Shown here: one piece after another, positions 20,784-30,222 of the stretch
Numbering within the stretch: position 1 is the stretch's first letter
Layout: each line of letters begins with the position of its first letter
DNA from: Bradymonadales bacterium
Lineage (GTDB): Bacteria > Bdellovibrionota > UBA2394
DNA length: 64,000 nucleotides
Direction: 5' to 3'
Assembly (NCBI GenBank): GCA_007693605.1
Contig: REDG01000045.1
Location: forward strand, 2,043-66,042
Translations under genes and position numbers: made by a program
The notes under the pieces: generated by a model
What the model saw: only the letters and a program-made list of their open reading frames with translations
Databases searched by the model: none
Told to the model about the DNA's origin: nothing

Positions 20784-21255
20784 AATTCTTCCTCTCTGAG
20801 TCGCTAGAGCTTGCCGAAAGCATTTCAGAAATCCATAGCTCTTCAGACTTTTTCATATAACTTCTCATCTCTGCCTCAGCCTCTTCAAAGGCCGCCTGAA
20901 CAAGTCGCTCTTTAAAATCTTCTTTCGCTCTCTCAAGGCTTTGCTGATTCTTCAAATCCGCATCCGAAAGCATTCGACGAATCACTAAGTCCGTCTCTTT
21001 TTTATGCCTTAAACACTCAGTTTCTATAGCCGCAGAAGCGGTCTTTTTAATGTTTAAAATCTCAGTGTCGAGTCCATCAATCCTCGCGAGCATCTCATCA
21101 TACTTCGTCTTGATCTCAATAAAATCTTTTTCAGCCTCATCGATTGCAGTCGACAGTTCGGCCCGTTGATCCTGAAAATACTTTCTAAGCTTGTTGCGGC
21201 TGAGAAAATAAATCAGTCCGACAAGAATCAGCAAGTTGATCGTATGAAAAATCAT
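20773..21255 (-). CDS. atpF: F0F1 ATP synthase subunit b
   Basis: 160 aa with one N-terminal TM helix and a long charged coiled-coil. Position in operon. Confidence 0.8.
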   Translation of the reverse strand: MIFHTINLLILVGLIYFLSRNKLRKYFQDQRAELSTAIDEAEKDFIEIKTKYDEMLARIDGLDTEILNIKKTASAAIETECLRHKKETDLVIRRMLSDADLKNQQSLERAKEDFKERLVQAAFEEAEAEMRSYMKKSEELWISEMLSASSSDSERKNYAS

Positions 21256-21689
21256 GAGCTTCTCACCACTCTCGTCTCGATCAAAGCCCTCTTAATCTCT
21301 TGTGAAATACTCGAAGCCAAATCAGGAATCTTCTCGCTCACCGCCTCAAGCTCCCTTGCAAGCTCTCTGTCATGCTCTTTGATTTTCTGACCCAGCTCCC
21401 TCTCGGTTTGCTTCAGTCTGGCCTCTGACTCTTTTCGAACTCTCTCAAGCTGTTCAGAACGAACGGCCTCTAAATCCCTTTTTGTCTTGGTGATCGCAGA
21501 ATGGTACTTTTCGGAGATTTCTTCTAACTTTTGCTCCAATTCATTGGCGCTCTTTTTTTGACCTACCGTCAACTGATCTCGCTTCTTCAAAAGAGCTAAA
21601 ACAGGGTCGATATATAAAAACTTCAGAACGACCACAAGGCCTGCAAAAAACAGGAAGGACAGTGCCATTAAAATCGGGTTAAATTCCAT
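21252..21689 (-). CDS. F0F1 ATP synthase subunit b' (second b-type stator subunit)
   Basis: 145 aa with an N-terminal TM helix and a coiled-coil. Tandem with atpF and heads the operon. Confidence 0.7.
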   Translation of the reverse strand: MEFNPILMALSFLFFAGLVVVLKFLYIDPVLALLKKRDQLTVGQKKSANELEQKLEEISEKYHSAITKTKRDLEAVRSEQLERVRKESEARLKQTERELGQKIKEHDRELARELEAVSEKIPDLASSISQEIKRALIETRVVRSS

Positions 21690-21770
21690 ACATTCTGTTC
21701 CTGAAAACGATGACCCGTCTTAACGAATTCACCCTATGGAGTCAAAGAAATCCATCTCAGGAATGATGCA

Positions 21771-21793
21771 GAAAAAGCCTCTGAAAAGAGGCT
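21771..21793 (-). terminator. putative intrinsic terminator after the parAB-bactofilin operon
   Basis: AGCCTCT-GAAA-AGAGGCT hairpin (7-bp stem). On the minus strand it is followed by TTTTTCTG. About 160 nt downstream of the bactofilin stop. Confidence 0.35.
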
Positions 21794-21951
21794 CAGAATC
21801 TCATGTCGAGCGCCTTAAGGAACTGTCGCCAAACTCTCGATTCGGGAGTGGCGATAAGGGTCCAGATGCGCGAAGGTTAGTGGTCCAAATGCCACTCGAG
21901 AAGCGCAGCGACGCAGCCGCCAAAGTAGATGGGCCATTAGCGACACTCCCC

Positions 21952-22353
21952 TTAAAGATTGGCCAAACTTGGCAGGGGCTCTGTGCTGACCAGCTTCGAA
22001 TCTCTGAAGTTTCCCATCTCTAAATTGCCGTCGATGAGCGCCCCCAGTTGAACTTCGAGATCTTTGGTTTTAACTTCAGCCTCGACCTGGCCCGTCGAAT
22101 GAATAATGAGCCGATCTCTCGCGATGAGTTGGCCTTTGAATCGCCCACCCACTTCAAGGGTGCCCACCTGAATGCTTGCCTCCACCAGTGCGCCTTCCCC
22201 AATAATCAAATGATCTTGAGAAAAAATTTCTCCACGAAAAACGCCGTCAATTCGAACCACGCCTTCGAACGAAAGCTTGCCCTGAAACTCGCAACCCTTA
22301 TCTAAAAGAGTGATGGTTTCAGGAATCTGAAGTTTCTTAGCGGATATGGCCAT
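21952..22353 (-). CDS. bactofilin family cytoskeletal protein
   Basis: 133 aa, beta-helical repeat-rich (DGVFRGEI...IGEGALVEA...VGGRFKGQLIA...STGQVEAEV), typical of bactofilins. Overlaps the parB stop by 17 nt. Confidence 0.8.
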   Translation of the reverse strand: MAISAKKLQIPETITLLDKGCEFQGKLSFEGVVRIDGVFRGEIFSQDHLIIGEGALVEASIQVGTLEVGGRFKGQLIARDRLIIHSTGQVEAEVKTKDLEVQLGALIDGNLEMGNFRDSKLVSTEPLPSLANL

Positions 22354-23227
22354 TCCTTATCTTATCTACAATTCGATTAAAGTCATCCCGCGTCAAATAC
22401 TGAATTTGAATTTGCCCTCGGCCTGAGTCGTGGGCCTTAATTTCAACACGAGTCTCAAGAATTCTTCGAAGCTCATCCTGTACCGCCTCAAACTCAGAGG
22501 CCGTCTTCTCGTTCAATCGCTTCTCGCTCGGCCCGTCTGTTGGTAAGTCCCCAGTACTCTTAACTTTTTTGACCAAGGCCTCCACCTGCCGTACCGAAAA
22601 AGCCTTCTCCAGAATCTCCTTCATGATCTTGTTTTGAATGGACTTGTCCTCAACAACAATCAATGCCCGAGCATGCCCCACGCTAAGTTCGCCGGTCATC
22701 AACTTCTCTCGAACCTCTTTTGAGAGCTTTAAGAGCCTGAGAGCATTGGCAATGGTCGATCGGTCCTTTCCGACCCTCTGAGAGACTTCTTCTTGAGTGA
22801 GTCCCAAATCAATAATCAATCTCTGGTAAGACTCCGCCTCTTCAATCGGGTTCAAGTCTTCTCGCTGAATATTTTCGATCAAAGCGAGTTCGAGAATTTC
22901 GTGATCTGAAAGCTCCTTGACGATGACGGGAACTTCTGTCTTTCCGGCCAACTGAGAGGCTCTCCACCGTCTCTCCCCAGCGATAATCACATAGCCCTTG
23001 TCGGTTTTCTTCGCCAAAATGGGCTGAAGCACTCCCTTTTCTCGGATGCTCTGGGCCAGCTCCTCTAATTTTTCTTGGTCAAAGTGCTTTCGAGGCTGAG
23101 CGTGGTTCGGATAAAGCTCCCCAATGGGACAAAGTATATATCCTCGCTTGTTGTTGGACTCCGGAAGCAAACTTCCAATGCCCCGCCCCAATACACTTCT
23201 TGTTCCGGATTGCTGTGTGGTTTCCAT
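22337..23227 (-). CDS. parB: chromosome partitioning protein ParB/Spo0J
   Basis: 296 aa with the ParB box GERRWRAS, an HTH region, and location after parA. Confidence 0.9.
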   Translation of the reverse strand: METTQQSGTRSVLGRGIGSLLPESNNKRGYILCPIGELYPNHAQPRKHFDQEKLEELAQSIREKGVLQPILAKKTDKGYVIIAGERRWRASQLAGKTEVPVIVKELSDHEILELALIENIQREDLNPIEEAESYQRLIIDLGLTQEEVSQRVGKDRSTIANALRLLKLSKEVREKLMTGELSVGHARALIVVEDKSIQNKIMKEILEKAFSVRQVEALVKKVKSTGDLPTDGPSEKRLNEKTASEFEAVQDELRRILETRVEIKAHDSGRGQIQIQYLTRDDFNRIVDKIRNGHIR

Positions 23228-23248
23228 ATTCCTCTCGCCCTCTCCTGC

Positions 23249-24328
23249 TTAAGCGTCTGCGCTTGACCCGTCCCCAATGTCTTCAGAAATTCTCTCCAAA
23301 GCATAGGGCGACTTCCATTCCCCAGATTCTGTTTCAGATGCTGAGACAGCCACTTCGCGATCTGCTGAAGTTTCGCTGCTCTCGAAACTCAATTCGACTC
23401 CTGATTTGACGCGGCCAGGGGATTCTGCGGCCTCCTCAAGCTCTGCCATCTGAGACTCGGTCTCCGCCGCCAATTCCTCTGCCCCAGGAGATTCTTGAAT
23501 TGAATCCTCTGGAAACAATGCAGCAAGCTTTTCTCTCCAATCAGGAAGTGGCAGAGAATTCCGCTTCAGAAACTCCTCGACCAAACTCATATAGGCCGTT
23601 GCACCCTTTGACTCATGATCATACAAAATGACAGGCTTTCCAAAACTCGGAGCTTCTGAGAGCTTGATGTTTCTGGGCACAGCTGTCTCATACAGCTCAT
23701 CTTTAAAGTGCGACTTCATTTCCCTAACGACTTCATGCGTCAATTTGGTGCGGGGATCAAACATCGTAAGAACAATGCCTTCGATCTTTAAATCCTCGTT
23801 CAGATCCTCTTTCACAATCTGAAAGGTGTTCAAAAGCTGGCCCAGCCCTTCCATCGCATAGTACTCGCACTGAATGGGAATCAGCAGGCTGTCGCTTGCG
23901 GTAAAGGCATTAATGGTCAGAAGTCCCAAAGAGGGTGGGCAGTCAAAGATGACGAACTCAATATCCTCTGGCAAGTTCTTCAAGGCGGTCTTCAGTTTTC
24001 TCTCGCGAGAAATGGCATTGATCAGTTCTACCTCTGCTCCAATCAAGTTCTGATTCGCAGGAATCACAAATAGATTCTCAAGGGCCGTTGACTGAATACT
24101 CTCTTCTAAATTCAGCCGACCAATCAGCACATCATAAATTGTCTTGGCTGAATAACGGTCGAGCCCTAAGCCACTGCTGGCATTGCCTTGAGGGTCAAGG
24201 TCGATCAGCAAACTCTTATGGCCAGCGGCCGCGAGCGACGCAGCAAAATTGACAGAAGTAGTGGTCTTGCCAACACCACCCTTCTGATTGGCAACAGAAA
24301 TTCTTTTTCGCAATTTACTTTGAGTCAT
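23249..24328 (-). CDS. parA: chromosome partitioning ATPase ParA with a ~100-aa acidic C-terminal extension
   Basis: Deviant Walker A KGGVGKTT. The core ends near EEFLKRNS. The remaining ~100 aa are Glu/Ser/Ala-rich and low-complexity. Confidence 0.9.
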   Translation of the reverse strand: MTQSKLRKRISVANQKGGVGKTTTSVNFAASLAAAGHKSLLIDLDPQGNASSGLGLDRYSAKTIYDVLIGRLNLEESIQSTALENLFVIPANQNLIGAEVELINAISRERKLKTALKNLPEDIEFVIFDCPPSLGLLTINAFTASDSLLIPIQCEYYAMEGLGQLLNTFQIVKEDLNEDLKIEGIVLTMFDPRTKLTHEVVREMKSHFKDELYETAVPRNIKLSEAPSFGKPVILYDHESKGATAYMSLVEEFLKRNSLPLPDWREKLAALFPEDSIQESPGAEELAAETESQMAELEEAAESPGRVKSGVELSFESSETSADREVAVSASETESGEWKSPYALERISEDIGDGSSADA

Positions 24329-24369
24329 GGCCCCCCCAAAGACCTAATAAAAATAATTTAATCAAAGAC

Positions 24370-26268
24370 TTAGGCCTTCTGGCAAGCATGATTCTTGCGC
24401 TCCCTTTGAATATATAATGCCAAGACTTGCAAACTCGCGGGTGTCAGCCCTTGCAATCGTTTGGCTTCAAAAAAACTTCGTGGCCGATTCTTCGACAAAG
24501 ACTCGATGGCCTCGATGGGTAGGCCCTTAATCTCTCCAAAGTTTAAGGCCTCGGGTATTTTCATTCTTTCCATTCGGTCCATCTGATGAATCTGAGTCTC
24601 TGCTTGCTTCACATAGCCCGAGTACTTGAGGTCTGTCAGGATCTGAGTCCAATCCATATCAGAGAGTTCAAAGCCTTCTTCAAGGGCTTCAAGAATGGGC
24701 CCAAGATGCTCCGTCTTGAATTCCGGTCGCCTCATATAGTCAACAAATCTCATGGGTCGGCTAGGGGGTTCTAAGCCCAAGCTCCTAAAGAGACTTAAAT
24801 GCTCTGAAGCCTTTAAGTTGATCTTAGAGAGTCTCGCCATGCTTTCCTGGCGGAGACTCAGTCTCGACTCTAAACTCTCTAGATCAGCCTCACTCAGCAG
24901 GCCCAGTCTTTTGGCGTGGGGAAAGAGTCTCTGATCCACATTGTCCTCTCTGAGCAAAAGCCGCCACTCTGCACGAGAACTCAGCATTCGATAAGGCTCC
25001 TCGGTGCCTCGCTCTACCAAGTCATCGATCAAAACCCCCGTATAAGCCTCCGCTCTCTTCAGAGTAAAGGCCTCCTCCCCCTTCGCTCGTAGAGCGGCAT
25101 TGATTCCAGCCATCAAGCCCTGGGCCGCGGCTTCCTCATAGCCTGAAGTTCCGTTCACCTGCCCGGCAAAGAAAAGCCCCGGAACATCTCTCACCTCCAG
25201 ATTATGCTTCAATTGGGTCGAGTCGAGATAATCGTACTCTATAGCGTAGCCCGGTCGAATAATCTCCACACTCTCTAGCCCTTCAATACTCCTTAAAAAC
25301 TCCTCTTGGCGGTCTAAGGGAAGGCTCGTGGAGAGCCCTCCAACATATACCTCATGAGTCCATCGACCTTCTCGCTCCAAAAAGACTTGATGCCTGTCTT
25401 TGTCAGGAAATCGAAGCACCTTGTCCTCTACTGAGGGGCAGTATCGAGGCCCTCGACTCTCGATCATCCCACTGTAAAGGGGGGATTGGTCCATCGACTG
25501 TCGGATGATTTCATGAGTTCTTGGGTTCGTATAGGTCAAATGAGCGGGCTCAAGATCCTTTCTTCGCTCTTTCGTAAAGAAAGAAAGGCTAGAGGCCTCT
25601 GGATCTGAGGCCTGCTCCTCTGTTTTCGTAAAATCAATGCTTCTGGCATCAACTCTCGGTACAGTGCCGGTCTTGAATCGACGAATTCTTAGCCCAATCG
25701 AGCTCAGAAAATCTGAAAGTCCCACAGAGGCCGCTTCGCCAGCCCTGCCTGCAGAGAAGCTTGTGTGGCCTAAATGAGCCTTTCCGTTCATAAAGGTGCC
25801 CGTTGTGATCACAATTTGTCGTGAATAGTAGGGCTGTCCCCCCTTGGTTTTCAAACCAATCAACTGATGCCCCTCAAATAGAAGTTCTGTCACCTGGGCC
25901 TGCTTCAGATAGAGACCCTCTTGAGACTCCACAAAGAACTTCATTCTCTGCCGATACTCGTGCCGGTCACAATGAACTCTCGTCGCTCGAACCGCCGGAC
26001 CCTTTCTCGCGTTCAAAACACGGTACTGAAGGGCTGATTGGTCGGCAATTCGGGCCATCTGACCGCCCAAGATATCCAGCTCTTTGGCCAATTGGCTCTT
26101 TCCGAGCCCCCCAACGGCAGGGTTACAAGACATTGTGGCAATCTGATCAGCGCTCATGCTGAGAAGGAGAACCTTGAGAGCCTTTCTTTGCGCGGCCAGG
26201 GCAGCCTCAACCCCTGCATGCCCAGCGCCTACCACAATGACATCGTAACTATCTTTCAAAAGCTTCAT
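24370..26268 (-). CDS. mnmG: tRNA uridine-5-carboxymethylaminomethyl synthesis enzyme MnmG (GidA)
   Basis: 632 aa with FAD-binding N-terminus VIVVGAGHAGVEAA. Conserved rnpA-yidC-mnmE-mnmG-parAB context. Confidence 0.95.
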   Translation of the reverse strand: MKLLKDSYDVIVVGAGHAGVEAALAAQRKALKVLLLSMSADQIATMSCNPAVGGLGKSQLAKELDILGGQMARIADQSALQYRVLNARKGPAVRATRVHCDRHEYRQRMKFFVESQEGLYLKQAQVTELLFEGHQLIGLKTKGGQPYYSRQIVITTGTFMNGKAHLGHTSFSAGRAGEAASVGLSDFLSSIGLRIRRFKTGTVPRVDARSIDFTKTEEQASDPEASSLSFFTKERRKDLEPAHLTYTNPRTHEIIRQSMDQSPLYSGMIESRGPRYCPSVEDKVLRFPDKDRHQVFLEREGRWTHEVYVGGLSTSLPLDRQEEFLRSIEGLESVEIIRPGYAIEYDYLDSTQLKHNLEVRDVPGLFFAGQVNGTSGYEEAAAQGLMAGINAALRAKGEEAFTLKRAEAYTGVLIDDLVERGTEEPYRMLSSRAEWRLLLREDNVDQRLFPHAKRLGLLSEADLESLESRLSLRQESMARLSKINLKASEHLSLFRSLGLEPPSRPMRFVDYMRRPEFKTEHLGPILEALEEGFELSDMDWTQILTDLKYSGYVKQAETQIHQMDRMERMKIPEALNFGEIKGLPIEAIESLSKNRPRSFFEAKRLQGLTPASLQVLALYIQRERKNHACQKA

Positions 26269-26336
26269 TTTCTAAGCCACAAGCTCGGTGTTTCATGTGA
26301 AACAGGCCCACCAAGACTTGTTTCACATGAAACATA

Positions 26337-27665
26337 TCACTTTCCAATGCAAAAACGAGACAAAATCCTTCCCAGAATCTCTTCATGCCCAATCTTTCCG
26401 ATAAGGGGTTCAAGTCTCTGATTGGCTTCCCTTAGTTTTTGGGCCAGCCACTCCAGCTCAGCTGAACCGGCGGCCAGATCTAGAGCCTCTGACAAAAGAG
26501 ACTGAGCCTCCCTCACCAGTTGGCATTGGCGGTCGGAGCTCAGATGAAGGCTGCCTTCAAAGTCGGGTCGGCCCTTCTGCCAACTGAGAAGCTCTTTCTT
26601 GAGTTTCTCGATTCCCTCGCCAGTCTGGCTTGAGATATAGATCCAAGCCTCTTTTCTCTGCTCCCTTGCCCGCAAATCAGATTTTGTTGCCAGAAAGAGC
26701 CATTTTGAATCTTTCGCAAGCTCCCGATAGCTTTGGGGGGCTGGCTCTGCCTGATCGCTGAGCCATAGAACAAGATCGGCGGCTTTCAAGACCTCCAAAG
26801 ACTTTTGCATTCCGAGCCTCTCTAGGGGATCCGAGCTCTCTCTGAGCCCAGCCGTATCCACCAAACAAAGATCGAGACCGCCCAAACGGAGCTGAGCCTC
26901 CAGCAGATCGCGAGTCGTGCCTGCGAGATTATAAACAATTGCCCTTTCTTGACCCAACAAACAGTTAAAAAGAGAAGACTTGCCCACATTCGGAGGCCCC
27001 AGAATGGCAACTTTAGGAGAGAAAAAGTGGGATCGACTTTTTTCAAAGCTGATGGCCCAAGACTCTAGCTCCAAAGCCATGGCTTCGATCGCCTTGGTCA
27101 GGCCGTCTCTTGTGCCCTGATCCACTTCGTGCTCAGGAAAATCGAGTTCTGCCTCCACTTGAGACAGAACTTCTGAGAGTCTATTGCGAAAGTCTTGAAG
27201 CCTAAGACCTGAAGCCTCTAACTTAGAGCGAATTGCCCAACGAACTCCCTCCACTTGAGAGCTCGACATCAAAAGATCCAAGGCCTCCAGATCCCACAGA
27301 CTCATTTTATTGTTTTTATAGGCCCGTCTTGAAAACTCACCGGCTTCCGCAATTCGTGTTCCACGTGAAACAAATTCTTCTATTATTCTTTCTACGATCA
27401 GGGGGTTTCCATGACAGCTGATTTCAATCATATCTTCGCCGGTAAAAGATTTTGGAGCCTTAAAGTAAGTGGCCACGACCTCGTCAATGGGCTCCCCTTG
27501 AGAATAAAGCCGACAGAACTGAGAATGATTGGGCTCAAGTTGGACTTCAGACTGAAGCATCGACTTGAAAATCTCAAAAATGCCCTCTCCAGAGGCACGA
27601 ATGAGCGAAAGGGCTGCGACCGCCCTCCCGCTAGCAAGGGCTACAATGCAATCTTGAGAACTCAT
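26337..27665 (-). CDS. mnmE: tRNA modification GTPase MnmE (TrmE)
   Basis: 442 aa with G-domain GPPNVGKSSLFN...DTAG and the C-terminal CIGK tetrapeptide. Confidence 0.9.
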   Translation of the reverse strand: MSSQDCIVALASGRAVAALSLIRASGEGIFEIFKSMLQSEVQLEPNHSQFCRLYSQGEPIDEVVATYFKAPKSFTGEDMIEISCHGNPLIVERIIEEFVSRGTRIAEAGEFSRRAYKNNKMSLWDLEALDLLMSSSQVEGVRWAIRSKLEASGLRLQDFRNRLSEVLSQVEAELDFPEHEVDQGTRDGLTKAIEAMALELESWAISFEKSRSHFFSPKVAILGPPNVGKSSLFNCLLGQERAIVYNLAGTTRDLLEAQLRLGGLDLCLVDTAGLRESSDPLERLGMQKSLEVLKAADLVLWLSDQAEPAPQSYRELAKDSKWLFLATKSDLRAREQRKEAWIYISSQTGEGIEKLKKELLSWQKGRPDFEGSLHLSSDRQCQLVREAQSLLSEALDLAAGSAELEWLAQKLREANQRLEPLIGKIGHEEILGRILSRFCIGK

Positions 27666-29320
27666 GACTTCGGTTTCGCAGGCTTAATCTCTGGTCTTGG
27701 CATAATCACATCCAAGCGCTTGTTCACAAAGTATTGCTGAGCGATCGAAATAGCGGCGTTTGACAAGAAGTATAGGGTGAGTCCTGACGGGAAAAACAGC
27801 ATAAAAACTCCAAACATAATCGGCATCCACTTAAACATCGCTTTTTGGATGCGAACCATCTCATTGTCTTCACCCGTCGTTGGCATGGGCATCAGTTTCT
27901 GCTGAAAATACATCAGAAAAGTCATCAAGACGGGGATGACAAACCAAGGGTCTCTGGCTGACAAATCTTGAATCCACCAAAAGAACTCCGCATGCCTCAT
28001 TTCAAAGGATTCATAAAAGACTCGGTATAGAGCAAAAAATATCGGAAACTGTAGGAGTATGGGAAGGCAGCCCCCAATCGGATTCACCTTCTCCTTTCGA
28101 TAAAGAGCCATCATCTCTGTTTGCATTCGCTTTTGATCGTTTTTGAACTTGTCTCGAATCTCTTTCATTTTCGGTTGAACAATCGAGAGCTTCCTCATTG
28201 AAACGGCCGACTTATAGGTCAGAGGAAAGAGAAGACATTTCACAAAGACGGTTAAGAGAATAATGGCAATGCCATAGTTCGGTATCCATGAGTGGAAGAT
28301 GGTCAACATCGTCAACAAGAGCCTTGATATCGGCCCAATCCAACGACCAAAATCGATCACCTTTCCGAGTTCGAAACCCACCTTCTCTAGCTCTTGCATC
28401 CGTTTCGGCCCCAAGTAATAGGTGTATCGATACTCGGTCGTCTCATCAGGCAAAAGCTGCCGCTGAAACAAGCGAAGTTCTTGGCTTGCCCAATCTTCAC
28501 TTCGTCGACTGATTCTAAGCTCTTCGATACTGGCGTTCAGAGGAATGAAGCCCAAAAAGAAGTACTTGGTGCTAAAACCAGACCAACCGACCAATTCCGT
28601 GATGGGATCAGGCTCTTTGTGAATAGCCAAAGAGGAAAGAAAGTCCTTTTTTAAATTTGAGTTCTGCAGCCAAACCGCCTGTTGGTAATCGGCAGGGGGG
28701 ACCAAGAAAGCGAAGAACCTTTGAATTCCCTCCACCTTCTTCTCATCTTCAATCTCCTTTCTGAGCAAAATCTGAAGATCAACGATAGCCCTCGTCAAAG
28801 CCGTATTCTTGACGCGATCTGTCACCGCTAGGGCGTAGGCATTTGGTTGAAGCTCAATCAGTCTCTCAATCACGAAATCCGAAGAACGGGCTTCTAAGCG
28901 AATCTGATTTTCTGAGGCCTCTTTAAGAGAAAAGACCACCTGCCGATCGTTGATAAACAGGCGGGTCTCGTTGAAGGCTCGATCTCGAAAGTCCCAGGCG
29001 ACTTGTTCTTCTGATTGAGGCTCGACCGCATAGTTAAGGACTTCGATGGACTGAATCTCTCCCAAGGCGTTCAAGCCCAGCCGTAAGCGGTCAGTAGAGA
29101 AAACAAAATTCTTCCTTCGAAGTTCTGATATCTCTGGTCGCACCACCCGATCGGGCTGGGGCGCTTTTCTCTCAGTCGGGGCGGATAGCTCCGCTTGCTC
29201 CCTACTGCTGCTGCTTTCGTCGGGTTCTGGGCTTGGCCTGTCTTGAGTAGCTGGCGGCACCACAAAAACGAAGTACACAATGATCATCAAGCAAATGCCG
29301 ATAAGTGTTCGAAAATCCAC
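27662..29320 (-). CDS. yidC: membrane protein insertase YidC
   Basis: 552 aa with an N-terminal TM, a large periplasmic domain and the C-terminal 5-TM 60-kDa-IMP core. Start overlaps mnmE by 4 nt. Confidence 0.9.
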   Translation of the reverse strand: MDFRTLIGICLMIIVYFVFVVPPATQDRPSPEPDESSSSREQAELSAPTERKAPQPDRVVRPEISELRRKNFVFSTDRLRLGLNALGEIQSIEVLNYAVEPQSEEQVAWDFRDRAFNETRLFINDRQVVFSLKEASENQIRLEARSSDFVIERLIELQPNAYALAVTDRVKNTALTRAIVDLQILLRKEIEDEKKVEGIQRFFAFLVPPADYQQAVWLQNSNLKKDFLSSLAIHKEPDPITELVGWSGFSTKYFFLGFIPLNASIEELRISRRSEDWASQELRLFQRQLLPDETTEYRYTYYLGPKRMQELEKVGFELGKVIDFGRWIGPISRLLLTMLTIFHSWIPNYGIAIILLTVFVKCLLFPLTYKSAVSMRKLSIVQPKMKEIRDKFKNDQKRMQTEMMALYRKEKVNPIGGCLPILLQFPIFFALYRVFYESFEMRHAEFFWWIQDLSARDPWFVIPVLMTFLMYFQQKLMPMPTTGEDNEMVRIQKAMFKWMPIMFGVFMLFFPSGLTLYFLSNAAISIAQQYFVNKRLDVIMPRPEIKPAKPKS

Positions 29321-29324
29321 GCGT

Positions 29325-29612
29325 TTATTTCCCTTTGCTACTCTCTTGCCGCATTAAAGACTCAGGCAGTGGAGAATAAAAAAAGCTAGACCAGGGATTA
29401 CAAGAAAGCAATCGCAAGACGATCCGTTTAGTTGCCCTCGGTAACGAAGCTTCTTGTTCCAGTTGAATCTTTGCAAACTCTGAGCAGCTGATGGGGTATC
29501 GACATTGACTCGGTATCCCAATGCAATGCGACAGGAAAAAAATCACACGACTGAAGGACTGATAGACAAATAAAAGACATAGGCAGCCAAAACGAAGACC
29601 GGCTTTTAACAT
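29325..29612 (-). CDS. yidD: membrane protein insertion efficiency factor YidD-like (divergent)
   Basis: FVYQSFS...CRYPISCSEFA...KRIVLRLLSCNPW resembles the YidD pattern (YQ...CRFxPTCSxYA...RIxRCHP) with substitutions. Sits between rnpA and yidC as expected. Confidence 0.55.
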   Translation of the reverse strand: MLKAGLRFGCLCLLFVYQSFSRVIFFLSHCIGIPSQCRYPISCSEFAKIQLEQEASLPRATKRIVLRLLSCNPWSSFFYSPLPESLMRQESSKGK

Positions 29613-29971
29613 TTTTCTCCCAGCCTCTTTTTCAAAATCTCCAAATTTTCAAGAAAGACTCCTGGCTGGAGTTTTCGTGGAGCCGAAAGAAGTCGAAGAA
29701 CGAAATCGGCTCGACATCGATTAGAATTTTTCCGAAAAAACTCCCTCATACTTCGTTTAAACACATTTCGTTTAGCAGCAGACTTCAAGACCTTCTTTGA
29801 GACCGACAATCCCAGTCGGGCTGGACTGTCTGTATTTTTCCAATACACCAGCAAACAACCTGATCGCATGGAGCCGCCTTGGCCCCGCTGTCTTGCTGCC
29901 ATAAAGACTTTATCAAAGTCTTGGCGCTTCAAAAGACGCCGGTTCTTAGAGAAAGCTTCAGATTGAGCCAC
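29606..29971 (-). CDS. rnpA: ribonuclease P protein component
   Basis: 121 aa, basic, with the RNR-like motif region (KRNVFKRSMRE). Downstream of rpmH. Confidence 0.85.
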   Translation of the reverse strand: MAQSEAFSKNRRLLKRQDFDKVFMAARQRGQGGSMRSGCLLVYWKNTDSPARLGLSVSKKVLKSAAKRNVFKRSMREFFRKNSNRCRADFVLRLLSAPRKLQPGVFLENLEILKKRLGEKC

Positions 29972-29982
29972 GCTCGCTTGTC

Positions 29983-30132
29983 TTACTTCTCGTAAACTCC
30001 AGGAGCCAGCTTTTTACGGCCCTTTGCCCGACGAGCACGGATAATATTACGACCGCCGACCGTTGCCATTCGAGACAAAAAACCGTGGGTTCTTTTTCGT
30101 TTAAGTTTGCTGGGTTGATAAGTTCTTTTCAT
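29983..30132 (-). CDS. rpmH: 50S ribosomal protein L34
   Basis: 49-aa ORF not in the supplied track: [49 protein letters not shown]. The N-terminal two-thirds matches the L34 consensus. Confidence 0.85.
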   Translation of the reverse strand: MKRTYQPSKLKRKRTHGFLSRMATVGGRNIIRARRAKGRKKLAPGVYEK

Positions 30133-30222
30133 AGCGCCTCACGACTTCAATACTCCCCATTATTTCTGTCAAGGGAGCTTCTTAAAAAATGCTTTGACGA
30201 AGCAAAGCAAACAACCGTTTGA

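Noticed and set aside
21736-22023. 95-aa ORF on the plus strand between atpF' and the bactofilin gene
   Set aside because: It lies in the promoter/terminator region of two minus-strand operons and overlaps the bactofilin 3' end. It has no ribosome-binding site or motif, so it was treated as spurious.
30133-30222. rpmH-dnaA spacer as a possible second DnaA-box region
   Set aside because: No TTAT(C/G)CACA 9-mers or near matches are present in this 90-bp stretch. The origin signal is confined to the dnaA-dnaN side.
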